Assembly: GCF_947568905.1 (NCBI RefSeq)
Contig: NC_079167.1
Coordinates: 5,828,001 to 5,892,000, forward strand
Direction: 5' to 3'
DNA: 64,000 nucleotides
Source: Ostrea edulis
Lineage: Eukaryota
Under the pieces are notes generated by a model, which worked only from the letters and a program-made list of their open reading frames with translations, searched no databases and had not been told where the DNA came from. Each line of letters opens with the position of its first letter. The stretch's first letter is position 1. Both the position numbers and the translations under genes were made by a program. Below are positions 27,101-39,191 of the stretch, piece by piece.

Positions 27101-30100
27101 TAATGAAAGGAAACCCTTTCAGCACAAGTGTAGAATGTGTAACAAAGAAGAAACAAGCTTTAAGTTAAGGGAGACATCAAATTTTACATATCAAACCAAC
27201 TGGAAATTACAAGTTTTAAACACCTATTATAAAATATCAAAGCACTTTCAGAAATTGCTAAAAAAAATTTGGGCAGGGGTTCTCCTATACATTAAAGTTT
27301 TATTCAGAGTTCTGACACATTTTTGGACAGTCATTTTGAAAATGTTGACCATTTTCAAAATTTCGAGTTCACCATTTTATTCACCATCCTCAACTACCAT
27401 TGTTGAGATTGGACAACATTGAAAAATTAACAACTTTTCAGCGGCTATTTCAAGAGCCATCCTCATCTACATGTAAAACTCAATAATACATACTGCACTG
27501 AATGGAATTGGTGAAGACTGTTGGCCTGGAAATCCTCCTCCAATGTCAAGCAAGGTCATGTTGAATCCCATGGCAAGGGCAAGGTCAAAGACAGTACGTG
27601 CCTGTTGTATGGCAACAGCAAAAGCTTCAGCCTCCTCACATCCACTGCCCACATGGAAACTGAAACACCATATTTTGATGTATGAATCTCTGTCAATAGT
27701 ACCAAGTGCAGCAAGCAGCCCAAAGGGATGCTCGCAAAGATAGCTCTAATGGTAACATTTGTATAAGAGATAATTGGTTCAAAATACAAAGTTTGGGCTA
27801 CATCGTTTACCCTCATTTTCTTTAGTTCGAGTCACTTATGGAAGACGTCACCGTAACACATCAGCATAACTCGTACCAAAATTTTTCCATTGACTACCAT
27901 TGAAGAATTTTGCATTTAGACTTTCTTAACACACAGATAACATTATGGAATTACAACTGTTAAATAAATCTAAATATCCAAGTGTATTCAAGCTGCTACA
28001 GACTGTGATGTTAAAACGTGAAATATTCCAGTTATCAACTTTTCATTTCCAGCGTAAAAGCATAAGCACTGTCTACATCAACTATGTAATATTTTCTGTG
28101 TTCAATAAATGGCGCATCAAATGTCTAGTGTTGTGTTGCAAGATGTTTTGACAGCTGTTTGTACACATCCAGATAACTTTGGAATTATCTGATTCTACAT
28201 GCCTATTAAGCATAAACCTATACATGAAAGTATACAATGGCTGTGCTCACACCAATGCACTGTACACATATTAACAAATCCAATTAAAAAATCAATAAAA
28301 ATATAAACAAGCTGGTTGCATACTTTTCCTCAGTGTGTTATTTTACATGCATTATACAACATTGTCTTATGAATGAGACAAAACTGCACTCACCTGACTC
28401 CCATGACATTAAGCTCTAGGTTGCGAGCCACCTCCAGCAAAGACCACGCTTTGTCTGGATGACATCCATATTTGTTCCCTAGCTCGCACTGAACCTTGAA
28501 GTTGGAGGGAGGGAGAATTCGCAGAACCAGCCTAAAGGGTACAAAGAGGAAAGTCTTGATAGAAATCAGATTTTAACCTCTAACCATAGAAAACCTTATA
28601 TTGTGAACCCATGCACAAGTCACACATGGCTGCAGTAAATATCAAATGCATTACCAGCTGTTCTCGAATATTTTACAAACTTATAATTGTACTCTTAATT
28701 ATGGTGTCACTAAAAAAAACAGGTTTAGCTTAATAGTTTGTCTTTAAACTTGCCTAGCCTCTGGGAACCAGGCCTTGACTTTATGGAGCTCATCCTCATT
28801 GTCAAAAGTCATCATGTCCACATGTTTCTTGGCAGCATACTTGATATAAGAATTCTGCTTGCATGGATTGGCATAGATGATTCTGGACGGATCAACTCCC
28901 AAATCCAGAACTTTCATAATTTCCACCTGTACAGATTTCAAGAAATATTCCATTGATGTATATAAAATGTTTAATTTAAAATTATATGCATATGTACAGG
29001 ACATTCATTGTTCGGTATTACGTGTAGTCCAGAGATGAAAATTCGCCAAGTAAGCCCCCAAGTCTAAAATCTTGGATGCCCACATTGAAAACAATTAGTC
29101 ACATCCAAATTGACATTTTAATTCAATTTCACATTTTACATCAATAAAAGAAATATGTTCTGTAAATTAATATAATATCCCCTAGATACCACCAACTTAT
29201 GCTTTGAACTAACCAGTGTACAATAATTATAATGACATTCTGAGCCGTAGACACTTCTCATGCTTCCTATAAATTTAATTTCATGGTTCCGTATATCTAT
29301 CATGTTTAAAAGAAATTTTAAAGTTCAGAAATGTTGTTGAAAGCCAATCTTAAAAGTTTATCTGTTTGTCATAAAATGTACATGTATTTGCAATGAAGAA
29401 ATTCAACAACCAAAAGATAAATAACCCTAATGAAAAACTATTGTCAAAATTTGCACCTTGTTGGATACAGAAGGCGAAGGTTATAATTATCACATGCATA
29501 ATAGTCTAGTCCTAAAGTTCAAAATAGTAAACAGCAGTACCTGATTTACTTCAACTAAATTACCTAGGAACTAAGATGAGGGAAATTTTACGAATGCCAA
29601 GTGGGCGATCAGAATAATTTTTTTTAGGGACACACAGAAATTTTCTCGTCATTTTGGAGAGTGCTTATCTGCATCCCTATAGTCATACTTCAAGTCAAGA
29701 CTAAACCTTAAAGTTATCTTTCTTATCTGTATACAATGAATACCATAACTAAATATAATAAAACAAAAATAATAACAAATTATCAATTACTGACCTTGCT
29801 TGCACAGTCAAAATTAGTGCCCATATCTGCCAACAGCTTCAGTACAGCATAGTCATCATTGCACTTCACAGCTAAAATTACACATTAAATCTAATAATTC
29901 AATACAAAACATCAATTGTTTCACTTTCATGAACAAACATAAAAATTTATACAAGAGGCCCATGAGGCACACTGCTCACATGAATCCCCTTGGCCCTACT
30001 GTAATTCAACTGTTTTCACTTTTTTAAAACAAAATTTTTTAATCTCAATTCCCATGAAAAATTGTCCCCATATAGTGGCCCCAACCTAGCCTCTAAGGGT

Positions 30101-32111
30101 CATGACATAAGTATACTGAACTTAATTCACATAACATAGGGATGCCTCAATACCAATATGAATAACATGACCTTATTTGTTCTAAAGGTCAAGGTCAAAG
30201 AGCATGGTATGAAATGAAAGGTCTTGCCATAAGAAATCTATATGAATCTATGTGAAAGCCCTACCTCAAGTAGTTCAGGAGATATTGAATAGGTAGGTTT
30301 TCTTAAAAAGGTAGATCAAACTTTAAGGTCAAGGTCACAAGGTTAAAAGTTTCCATGTCAATTAATGCACATGTATGAAATATGAGACCCTATTCAAAAA
30401 TTATATGCAAGGTTCAAGTTTCAGTTTTTAAAGATGTTTCTCTATGTATTCCTGTATAAAACTTTGATCCTCTGTTGTTGTCCCATCCTACCCCCCGTGG
30501 GTTATAATTTTAACAAACTTATATCTGCACTGCCTGGGAATGCTTGCATATCAATGAGTATTCACAGTCCTGCTGTTAACTGAGAAGATTTTTAAAGATT
30601 TTACCTATATATTCCCATATAAAATTTTAATCCCCTAATGTGGCCCCACCCTGGGAAAAGAATATGAACATATTTGAACCTGCACTATCTGGGGATGCTT
30701 GCATATTAATATGAGTATTCATGGCCATGTTGTTTTTATGGAGGTATACTACATGACTCCACCCTATTTTTGCCTTTTCTTGATTATCTTCCCTTTGGAT
30801 GGAGTATGGCCATTCATTTGAACACACTTTAATCACCTTTACCAAAGGATGATTTGTGTCAAATTTGATTGAAACTGGTTCTGCGGTTCTTGAGAAGATT
30901 TCAAAAGATACCACAAAATTTTCACTACATCGCTTCAAAAATGGCATGGCACTTCGTTTGAACAAACTTGAATCCACTTTACCCAAGCAAGTTTGGCTGA
31001 AATTAGCCCTGTGGTTCTGGAGAAAAAGTCTAACATGTTTTAATCTCAAAGGTGGACAGACAGACAGACAGACAGAATGTGATCAGGAAAGCTCACTTGA
31101 GCTCTCAGAAAGCTGCAAAAACTTATATTAAATGCATTAAGAATTCCAATACAGGTGAAATTCCAGGCTGATGGTATGAGATATTTCTTACCATAAAAGG
31201 GCATGACCCTTGGCAGTGTCTGTTTCCAAACTTGGTACTTAGTGACAATATCCCCGAGGTCACCAATAAAGAATGCATCCTCCTTTTGCTGAAAATAAAC
31301 AAAGGACTAAATACAAATGTAGACGTGTTATCTCTAGTAATAATATGGCTTTAAAACTAAGAATGAGATAGAAACATATACTTTATATATAACATACTAA
31401 TACTATCAATTCATTAATTCACAATATTACCTAACCTACAATATAAGTTGTAATTAACCATTTCCAACAGTTTCCCTAGTTAACAGTCAACCTGCTTACC
31501 AGTCATAGCAATATCTTGTCCACCAGTAGGCATAAATTTCATTTATTTTTTTTTTAGAAAAATATGAAAATTTTACTTTCTGGTACTTTTTTTTTCATCG
31601 GTAAAATGTATTTCCATTTTACAACAAAATGAAATATGTGCAAAATGATGTTGATAACTTGATATTGCTACAAAATTAGATAAAGAGAAATACTGATTAT
31701 TTGCAAGTTTCTGTTACTATTAATGAATTAAAGAATTTACAATGTAGGTTAGGTAATAAAACATTTATTACATGGATTCTTGGGCAACAGTTTTCCAAAG
31801 TCTTTTCCCCTCCCTAGGGACAACAGTTGAAAGTAGCCATGCAAAAATATATATTCCTTCTATAAGAACATGTAAGAGTTCTAATACTGTGTTCATGCCC
31901 TTACACAAGCCATGGTTAGATGTTAAAAATCTATCCCATCATGAACCTCTCGCTAACTGAAGTATCATGTTAATCTACAGTGTTTAAAAGAAAACAAAGT
32001 TAGGGTTACCTCTTGGTCATGGAGGTCAGCTTTCTCCTCTACAAGGCTCTTGATGGTTCGTTCATAGTTGATAATTTGAACAGTAGAGTTGTTTCCAATA
32101 TATTTCTTCAT
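14957..32111 (-). CDS. ODC1: Ornithine decarboxylase (PLP-dependent, fold type III), 10 coding exons, 1404 nt, 467 aa
   Basis: Hand-spliced exons (minus): 32111-32010, 31288-31192, 29871-29795, 28926-28754, 28531-28394, 27659-27494, 26436-26280, 26034-25916, 20314-20103, 15119-14957. Phases are compatible, and all introns are GT-AG except one GC-AG. Motifs: PFYAVKCN (PLP lysine), [67 protein letters not shown] (catalytic Cys), MGAYT, STFNG. Confidence 0.97.
15186..15932. mobile_element. hAT-like non-autonomous element in the last ODC intron
   Basis: Perfect 14-bp TIR cagagttcttgaaa / tttcaagaactctg; no clean TSD. Confidence 0.6.
16007..17324 (+). mobile_element. Helentron-associated (pearl/HINE-type) element
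   Basis: Starts aacaagaggcccacaggcc..tcacctgag, has satellite-like core repeats, and ends ggtcacctgagtgactcgggtgaactaaa. Confidence 0.75.
16249..16698. mobile_element. hAT-type MITE nested in the HINE
   Basis: TIR tagtgatg/catcacta; flanks aacatcgt / aacatcca (6 of 8 TSD match). Confidence 0.7.
18861..19731. mobile_element. hAT-like element carrying an inverted Cg170-like fragment (about 19370-19625)
   Basis: TIR cagtgattccgaaggtc / gaccttgggaagcactg; caacag direct repeat on both flanks. Confidence 0.6.
20103..20314 (-). CDS. ODC1: ODC coding exon 9 ([13 protein letters not shown]...[14 protein letters not shown]...)
   Basis: Catalytic GPTCDGLD; taatag| and TG|gtaagt. Confidence 0.97.
20783..20891. 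mobile_element. Near-palindromic fold-back mini-element (about 110 bp)
   Basis: Arms atggactgtttagcagggaga..cacaaataatcag / ctgataatttgtga..tctccctgctaaacagtccat. Confidence 0.7.
23037..25646. repeat. 34/35-bp minisatellite, about 75 copies, with a 979-bp higher-order duplication
   Basis: Unit gtgtatcattaaaacagctttatatcaggttt(t)gt; rare variants recur at a 979-bp offset. Confidence 0.95.
25916..26034 (-). CDS. ODC1: ODC coding exon 8 ([31 protein letters not shown]...)
   Basis: [13 protein letters not shown]; ttgtag| and CAG|gtagta. Confidence 0.96.
26280..26436 (-). CDS. ODC1: ODC coding exon 7 ([14 protein letters not shown]...[15 protein letters not shown]...)
   Basis: AEPGRY motif; ttacag| and G|gtgaga. 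Confidence 0.97.
27494..27659 (-). CDS. ODC1: ODC coding exon 6 (FHVGSGC...[10 protein letters not shown]...PFSA)
   Basis: FHVGSG and DIGGGFPG; tttcag| and GCA|gtatgt. Confidence 0.97.
28394..28531 (-). CDS. ODC1: ODC coding exon 5 ([23 protein letters not shown]...VMGV)
   Basis: LVLRI, KYG and GVS motifs; ctttag| and AG|gtgagt. Confidence 0.93.
28754..28926 (-). CDS. ODC1: ODC coding exon 4 ([23 protein letters not shown]...FPEA)
   Basis: IIYANPCKQ and MMTFD motifs; donor is AG|gcaagt (GC-AG intron). Confidence 0.95.
29795..29871 (-). CDS. ODC1: ODC coding exon 3 ([26 protein letters not shown])
   Basis: PLP-binding AVKCN and FDCASK; ttttag| and AAG|gtcagt splice sites. Confidence 0.97.
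29951..31108 (+). mobile_element. HINE/pearl element with Cg170-like cores and an (ACAG)n tract, between ODC coding exons 2 and 3
   Basis: acaagaggcccatgagg..., gacagacagacagacag, gatcaggaaagctcacttgagct end. Confidence 0.8.
31192..31288 (-). CDS. ODC1: ODC coding exon 2 ([15 protein letters not shown]...LPRVMPFY)
   Basis: ttttcag| acceptor, G|gtaaga donor, matches the DAFYVADLGD..LPRVTPFY region of ODC. Confidence 0.95.
32010..32111 (-). CDS. ODC1: ODC coding exon 1 ([34 protein letters not shown])
   Basis: ATG in aaaATGa context, 34 codons, donor GAG|gtaacc. Acceptor ttttag| puts the exon start at 32139, giving 28 nt of 5' UTR. Confidence 0.85.
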
Positions 32112-33092
32112 TTTGATTATCAAAAGTTATACAAACAATCTAAAATGGAAAGAATTTTACTTCTGTCAACTTCTTACAGCCTCTCTTTAACATCATAAAT
32201 GCCAATTCTAAATCCATATCTGATATTCCAAAAATTAGATTAAACTCTGTCAAAGACTGTTGCCTGTTAATGGTGTTGTAGTGGATATTATACAAATAAT
32301 CAGAAAGACAAAGAGATCTATGTAACAAGTGGTGATTGGTGTATTAAATAATGCTGGTACGTAAATTGTATTATTAGTGGCTAATACCTATAAAACTGTC
32401 AATCTGTTAAGTTTAACACAATAAAACAACAAACACATGTGGGAACTCATTCAATGAAGTGAGCAGCACATACTTCTTTTGGCTCTGTTAGGCCAAAAAT
32501 AAAGGGTACAGATTGAAAATAAATGGTGACAATAGATGCTCTTGAAAAAGTAGATTTCCTTGGCATTGAAAGGCAAGTAAGAATAAAATTACTTCATAAA
32601 ATTCTGGGCATCACCATGTGATATTTGTTCAGGCTAGTAGAATTAGTGTATATACCTGCAGTGATTTTTTTTTTTTTGGTTGTTGTTGTTCAAACTACCA
32701 CCCCTCCTTTTGAATTGCGAAAAATTAGCGACATTTTCCTCAAATTGGGAAAAATCATTCATAGTATATTAAAATGGTAAAGATGCATAAAATAGGGCTG
32801 TGCGGTGCACCAAAACTGTCGGTGCACCACAATTCATACCATTCGATTCACTGATTACAAATTCTGGATTTCAGTTCAGTTTAGGTTTTACATACACCAA
32901 AACAACAAATATGGCGTCCGAGTGATGTGCAGAACATGCGAGTTTTTATGCATCAGAGATTTAAATCACTACTGTGTTGAAATTTAGCATTTTCACCACT
33001 CAGATACCAACAGAATATGGTCCATAAGATCATTACAGTTTATCTTTACATGTCATGTTGCATTTCTATTAGTGCTGGAGTGAAATCAACAG

Positions 33093-33354
33093 CGTAGATG
33101 ATGACAAGCTAATATATACGTAGATGATGACAAGCTAATATATACGTAGATGATGACAAGCTAATATATACGTAGATGATGACAAGCTAATATATACGTA
33201 GATGATGACAAGCTAATATATACGTAGATGATGACAAGCTAATATATACGTAGATGATGACAAGCTAATATATACGTAGATGATGACAAGCTAATATATA
33301 CGTAGATGATGACAAGCTAATATATACGTAGATGATGACAAGCTAATATATACG
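33093..33354. repeat. 26-bp minisatellite, 10 perfect copies
   Basis: Unit cgtagatgatgacaagctaatatata. Confidence 0.95.
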
Positions 33355-33489
33355 AGAAGTAACTCAATAAAGGAGAGATTTTCAAAGACTCTCAATTCAT
33401 AGAATTTTGACATGTAAATGAGAACAATATCATATACATTTTAGATTGACAATATATTTGTTTAATAATCCAAAAAATTATGCTGCACA

Positions 33490-33527
33490 TTAATATATCA
33501 AAGCTCTATCACTTATTGTTCAAAAGC

Positions 33528-33582
<55 letters not shown>

Positions 33583-33618
33583 GGGGTCAAAAATGTTGGT
33601 ACCCACGGAAAGGTCTTG

Positions 33619-33650
<32 letters not shown>

Positions 33651-33660
33651 CCTATCACTT

Positions 33661-33697
<37 letters not shown>

Positions 33698-33755
33698 CAG
33701 AATTACAGAATGACAGACAGGACAAAAACAATCTTCGATCTTGGGGGCATAAAAA
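33490..33755 (+). mobile_element. Short HINE-type element
   Basis: caaggtcaaggtcacggggtcaaaaatgttggtacc core, gacagacag tract, gggggcataaaaa end. Confidence 0.65.
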
Positions 33756-35166
33756 TGTATTTACTCTTTGTCAGCAATATATGGTAACTTTTTGTTTAAA
33801 ATGGCCTAATTTTTCTAGATTTGAAATTGGGAAAAACATACATATAATTGGCAACAAATAGCTAATTTTTGTGAGGGGAAACAGCCAAATATCAGTGGCA
33901 TCTTGGTCCCCCAAAAAATCACAGACCTGCCTGAAGGGCATGCAGTGAAAAAATAAATCTGGCTAAGACTGTATTGATCACCTAGTGATTGAGTAATGAT
34001 TTGTTTTTGAATAGATGTTACTATTGGCACACTTCATCGAGCAGATGATACATAATTGGCATGTGTATCATTACAGTATCTAAGCAAGTTGGTATTGCAG
34101 ATAAAAGACATTGTTTATACTTGGTATATGCATGATATGCATAATTAAGAGATCTTAAACAACAAATATTAATCCACACGAAATAATATTCACTACGAAA
34201 ACAACAAATTTTTTCCCAACGAAATTAAATATGTCTACAGTTTTCATTTTCTTTATCATTCTCTGAAGAAAAACCCTAAGAAATTCTATTAAAAGACTTT
34301 TGTCAATCTCATGACCACGTTCAGTAAGCAACTTCCGAGATATCAGCTCTTCTGTGATGGAGGTACGTTCAGTATTCTGTTGAACACTTGGGTGAGTACA
34401 AGATGTATACATATATTATAGACTAGCTATGTAAATAAGGATAAAAGTTGTGAAAGCGTAAATTTTATTTATATCAGCCGTTGGTATACATTAGACTGAC
34501 CATATCAAGAATAATATTTGTTTGAATAAGGCCATTAAATTAAATATGAAATAATTTTTGATTTCCTTTTCTGCATGAGTGATACTTTAATCAAAGAAAG
34601 ATGGTGATTATCGATTTTTGTTTGAGCTATTCCATTATCAGATACTCATAAACTTACTAAAATTATGTGTCCTAGTAGTTTGGGTGGTTGCTTGATGTCT
34701 GATAATCATCCTTTAGGAAATATATGAAGGCAGCGATAAGCATTTGTACCCACTGCATGTGGACGAAAGTATGTTTTGCATCTCACTATGCGTAAGAGTT
34801 CCACAAAGAGAAAGAACTATTGGGCAACTCGGAAATTGCATATTCAGACCCAGTCTCTTATCAAATTATCCACCTGTTCACTAGTCAGGGAACATGGATT
34901 CTTTACTTGAAGATCCCTCTTTAGTTTTGAAATATAAAAATAAAGACTTCTTGTTTTTACCATGTTTACTATCATCTAATCTAACTTTAAGATGATAGTA
35001 TTTTTAGTTCACCTTATATGCTACATTTTTTGTCACATTGACAGATTTAAAGAATACTGATCCCGAGCTTAAATGCAATAAAATTGTTAACAAAAATCAA
35101 ACAGTGACTTAGAATAGTTTTGTTTTTTATCATCCTTTAAGAATTTTTAAATATTATTTTCAGCAT

Positions 35167-35815
35167 TGCAGGGTTTGACATTTACTTTTTTGAGCACTAG
35201 ACCAGTCGGGTTACTTCAAATGATTTTTACTAGACACACATTTTCTGTTTCTTCAAATTCTACCCGGCACGAAAATTATTTAGTCCATTTAGAATAAAAT
35301 AACCTCAACCGGTTTTTTAAATTTCTATTTCATAAGCCCTGCTTTGTTTCTTCTCGACCTTTTCCCTTTTATTTCTCTTGGGACATCTTTCCTTGAGGAC
35401 GAAAAGTCGTATTAGAATATAAATGGAGACATTCCTGCACACATGTCAACACCAAAAAACACTTTCTAATACACGTATTTAATTCAAATAAACTGTTTTT
35501 TTAAAAATGAAAATGATTTCAATTTATATCTATTTATCGGAAACATAACTTTACACACATCATCGAGTAGATGTCCTAAAACATCACTTCCGAATGCGAC
35601 TTATTCATTAGAACTAAAAATAGAGAGTATGTCATCACGCGATTCAAATTTGCTCGAAAACTCTTTACAGTTATTTTTCAGTTAAGAGTAAAATATCTTG
35701 TGATTTAAAGTAAAGTTTCTTGTTTATTTTTTCAACACGACCAATCGGACTACCAAATCAACATTTTACCCGACTGGACCCACCATTTAGTAGACTCGGT
35801 CGGTCAAACCCTGCA
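35167..35815. mobile_element. MITE with a perfect 13-bp TIR
   Basis: tgcagggtttgac / gtcaaaccctgca. Confidence 0.65.
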
Positions 35816-36079
35816 TTCGGAATGGGGCCCTAAATTCAACGTTTAAAAACCCCTGATCTGTCCATTATAGCAGATGAAATGTTTATGACAATGAAAATGT
35901 TCAGTTCCGAAATTCAGTAATATCTGGATTTAAAATCTGCTGGACATTTATTTGGACCGATAAAATCTAAATTCTATCGGTCATGTTAAGAATTTGTTGG
36001 GGATGCACTATGGACAAACACATTCCGAGAACTCTGTTAATTATACCTGGCCAGAGGAAACACCTGCACTCAACCGATA

Positions 36080-36181
36080 CTAGCTGGGATCCCACGGTGG
36101 TTCTGCGTTGAAGTCAAACTTCTGCGTAAGTCTGCAGAAGCCCTCGGGGAACTCGATGTAGATCCTCAAGGATAAACAACC
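36080..36181 (-). CDS. uCC upstream ORF of ODC, exon 2 part (GCLSLRIYIEFPEGFCRLTQKFDFNAEPPWDPS*)
   Basis: Acceptor tattcag|GGT; ends FDFNAEPPWDPS-TAG, nearly identical to the conserved uCC C-terminus (FDFNAEPPWEPS, recalled). The exon continues as UTR to a candidate donor CAG|gtataa at 36047. Confidence 0.92.
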   Translation of the reverse strand, partial: GCLSLRIYIEFPEGFCRLTQKFDFNAEPPWDPS

Positions 36182-36409
36182 CTGAATATACCAGAAAACA
36201 AATACCTTAAATACAAGAAGTAGTATATATTGGGTTATCTATCAAATATTAATTGCTGATGCAGTTATGAATCAGATGTTTAATTATTGACTAACTGTGT
36301 GACTGTCTTCAAAGGTGTATTAAAATCTCCCCACCAAGTTTTTCCATTTGCATTATCATTGACGAAATCTTTAGATAAACTAATAAAAGTGGGCACACAT
36401 TGTTTTGGG

Positions 36410-38292
36410 CAGGGTTGGCAAAAAAGTGGTCAATATGAGTATTGACCGGGCCGGTGGTCAATACTGGTTAAAACCGGCCAATACTGGTTGATTGAAAATT
36501 GTTTGGTCATTATAGTCTGTGTTGGTTATTTTAAATGTTTCAGTGGCCAATATGGTAAATACCGTAATTCATAACATGCACTATCAGTTTATAATATACT
36601 TGCAAGTCATAATATTAAATAAATAATGTAAATGACTCAATTAAATAGGGGAAGATGTAAAATTTTATTGTAAAAATTAAAAACTGTTTCGTAGCCGTAT
36701 TACTTTGGCACTGACAACAGCATTGCAGTCTTTACATCTTGCTGTGGTCTTGTTGTTGTCCTCAACAATATCATAGAAATTCCAAAATGTTTTGTTGAAG
36801 CCATAGATAGTATGATGGGGGAAGTGTTTTCTATTTCTGTTCAAATTCTTTAGTTTATCAAGAACTACCTATTGTTTCAAATCTTCATTTAACTGTTAAA
36901 TAAACATTTTAGGGGGTGTGTTGGTGATGTTTTCATAACAATAACATGTACACTGGTCCTCTCTGGTCCCAGAGTATGCTAATTAACACCTGTCAACTGT
37001 TTCCTGTGCTCAGGTACATCTCCTGCTCTGTACATTCCAACACATTGTTTATCTACAGCATCTGTCACCCAATTCATATTAAATCACTGTGTTTATTTAA
37101 TGTCCAGCTACTTGTTATTCTTAATCTGTCCAGGTACATGTATAAGCAGATCCTATTGTCCAGTTATGCTATATGTAACCCTCTTTTATAGTTCTGAAGA
37201 TATTATGGTCACAGTTTCAGCAAACCAAATATATTAAACTTATGAAATTACATCTAATTATTTGATGAAAATTATTGATAACCAATTGATCCATATATCA
37301 TAATGAAAAGGCTTAATTTATCCACAGGAGTTTGAAATTTTATCAATAAAGTCAATAAAATTCACTTGATTGACCAAGCCATGAGCTATGCGTTAGCATA
37401 GCGAACAGGAATGAAACGCCGTTTTGGACAAATCTCGAGTTTCGCTTTGAACCGCCGCGCAATGAATATAACTCGTAAGTATTTATCACTAACAACATTT
37501 GCCTACTTAAATTTGCCTCCTAGCCCCTCTCTAATGCTGTCAGTATCCACTTTATTCGATTCTGTGTAAACATTGACTTTACCGAGGACCCATTGTAATA
37601 CGTCACATTCACTCCGGGCCTGACATTTTAGTATTCCTTATAATTTAAAGTTAAAAAAAATAAAATAAAATGCTATTAATCCTTCCACATATTTTTTAAT
37701 CAAATGAAATAAATTACAACATATAAAATCATCAGTCATATCAATTATCATATTTTGAGGCCAGAAACTATGTTCAGAGTTTAAAAACAAAGGGCGATAA
37801 TTGTGTAGAAAGTTGCATGTGCGGGAAATCATTGGATTACAAAAATGTCAGGCCCGGAGTGAATGTGACATATTACAATGGGTCCTCGGTAAAGTCAATC
37901 TTTACACGGAATCGAATAAAGTGGATACTGACAGCATTAGAGAGGGGCTAGGAGGCAAATTTAAGTAGGCAAATGTTGTTAGTGATAAATACTTACGAGT
38001 TATATTCATTGCGCGGCGGTTCAAAGCGAAACTCGAGATTTGTCCAAAACGGCGTTTCATTCCTGTTCGCTATGCTAACGCATAGCTCATGGCTTGGTCA
38101 ATCAAGTGAATTTTATTGACTTTATTGATAAAATTTCAAACTCCTGTGATTTATCTTTGCAAAAAATATACAAAAATAGGAAAATGGACAGTTTAAATCT
38201 CATTTGACCAGCATTGACCACTTAGGGAGTATTGACCGGGACGGTTAAAACCGCGGGTTAAAACCGGGGGCGGTTTTAACCGCCCAACCCTG
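36410..38292 (-). mobile_element. hAT deletion derivative with a perfect 8-bp TSD and a BED-finger remnant
   Basis: TIR cagggttggc / gcccaaccctg; TSD gttttggg at 36402-36409 and 38293-38300; minus strand about 36686-36815 reads FWNFYDIVEDNNKTTARCKDCNAVVSAKVIRLRN. Confidence 0.85.
37323..38148. mobile_element. Long-TIR MITE (about 310-bp near-perfect arms) nested in the hAT element
   Basis: Arms 37323-37634 and 37838-38148; CAC..GTG termini; atttatc direct repeat on both sides (7 bp, compatible with a P-superfamily TSD). Confidence 0.85.
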
Positions 38293-39097
38293 GTTTTGGG
38301 TATTTAAAACCATTGAATATACTTGTTTGTAACAGTAATTTGTTAAGATTAACTTTCTCTAACTCCAATTTAAGGTCGTGCTTATGTTGCAACATTTATA
38401 TCTATTGCAAATAAAATTATCAGTGAGCAAATTCCACATTGATACACCTATACATAGGGATGACGACATTTTTAAATCACAAAGTTCAAGGTTGTCACCA
38501 CGTGAAAATCACATGGTTTTTTTAAACAAAAGATATTTGTATGATTAGCTGCTTTTAAAAAAATTCAAAAGTGGTCCTTTTTCAAAGAAACGTTAAAGTG
38601 ATAATGTAACTTTCAAACTCCTGTGATTTATCTTTGCAAAAAATATACAAAAATAGGAAAATGGACAGTTTAAATCTCATTTGACCAGCATTGACCAGTA
38701 TTGACCACTTAGGGAGTATTGACCGGGACGGTTAAAACCGCGGGTTAAAACCGGGGGCGGTTTTAACCGCCCAACCCTGGTTTTGGGTATTTAAAACCAT
38801 TGAATATACTTGTTTGTAACAGTAATTTGTTAAGATTAACTTTCTCTAACTCCAATTTAAGGTCGTGCTTATGTTGCAACATTTATATCTATTGCAAATA
38901 AAATTATCAGTGAGCAAATTCCACATTGATACACCTATACATAGGGATGACGACATTTTTAAATCACAAAGTTCAAGGTTGTCACCACGTGAAAATCACA
39001 TGGTTTTTTTAAACAAAAGATATTTGTATGATTAGCTGCTTTTAAAAAAATTCAAAAGTGGTCCTTTTTCAAAGAAACGTTAATGTGATAATGTAAC
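38134..39097. repeat. Recent tandem duplication, 477 + 487 bp
   Basis: 38134-38610 and 38611-39097 differ by one 10-bp indel and about one substitution. Confidence 0.92.
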
Positions 39098-39191
39098 TCA
39101 AGATCTTGTTACTATATGCCATGAAATAGGAACTTCCAAGCGAGTCCCAAACAAGGCATGGTGACGGACAAAATATTCCATTTCAACTCAC

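Noticed and set aside
14957-32111. Antizyme inhibitor (AZIN) identity suggested by the uCC
   Set aside because: The catalytic Lys, Cys and PLP-contact motifs are intact, which is unlike AZINs.
34155-34412. 85-aa minus-strand ORF or extra ODC leader exon
   Set aside because: No convincing splice-site pair or homology; including it would add AUGs to an otherwise AUG-free leader.
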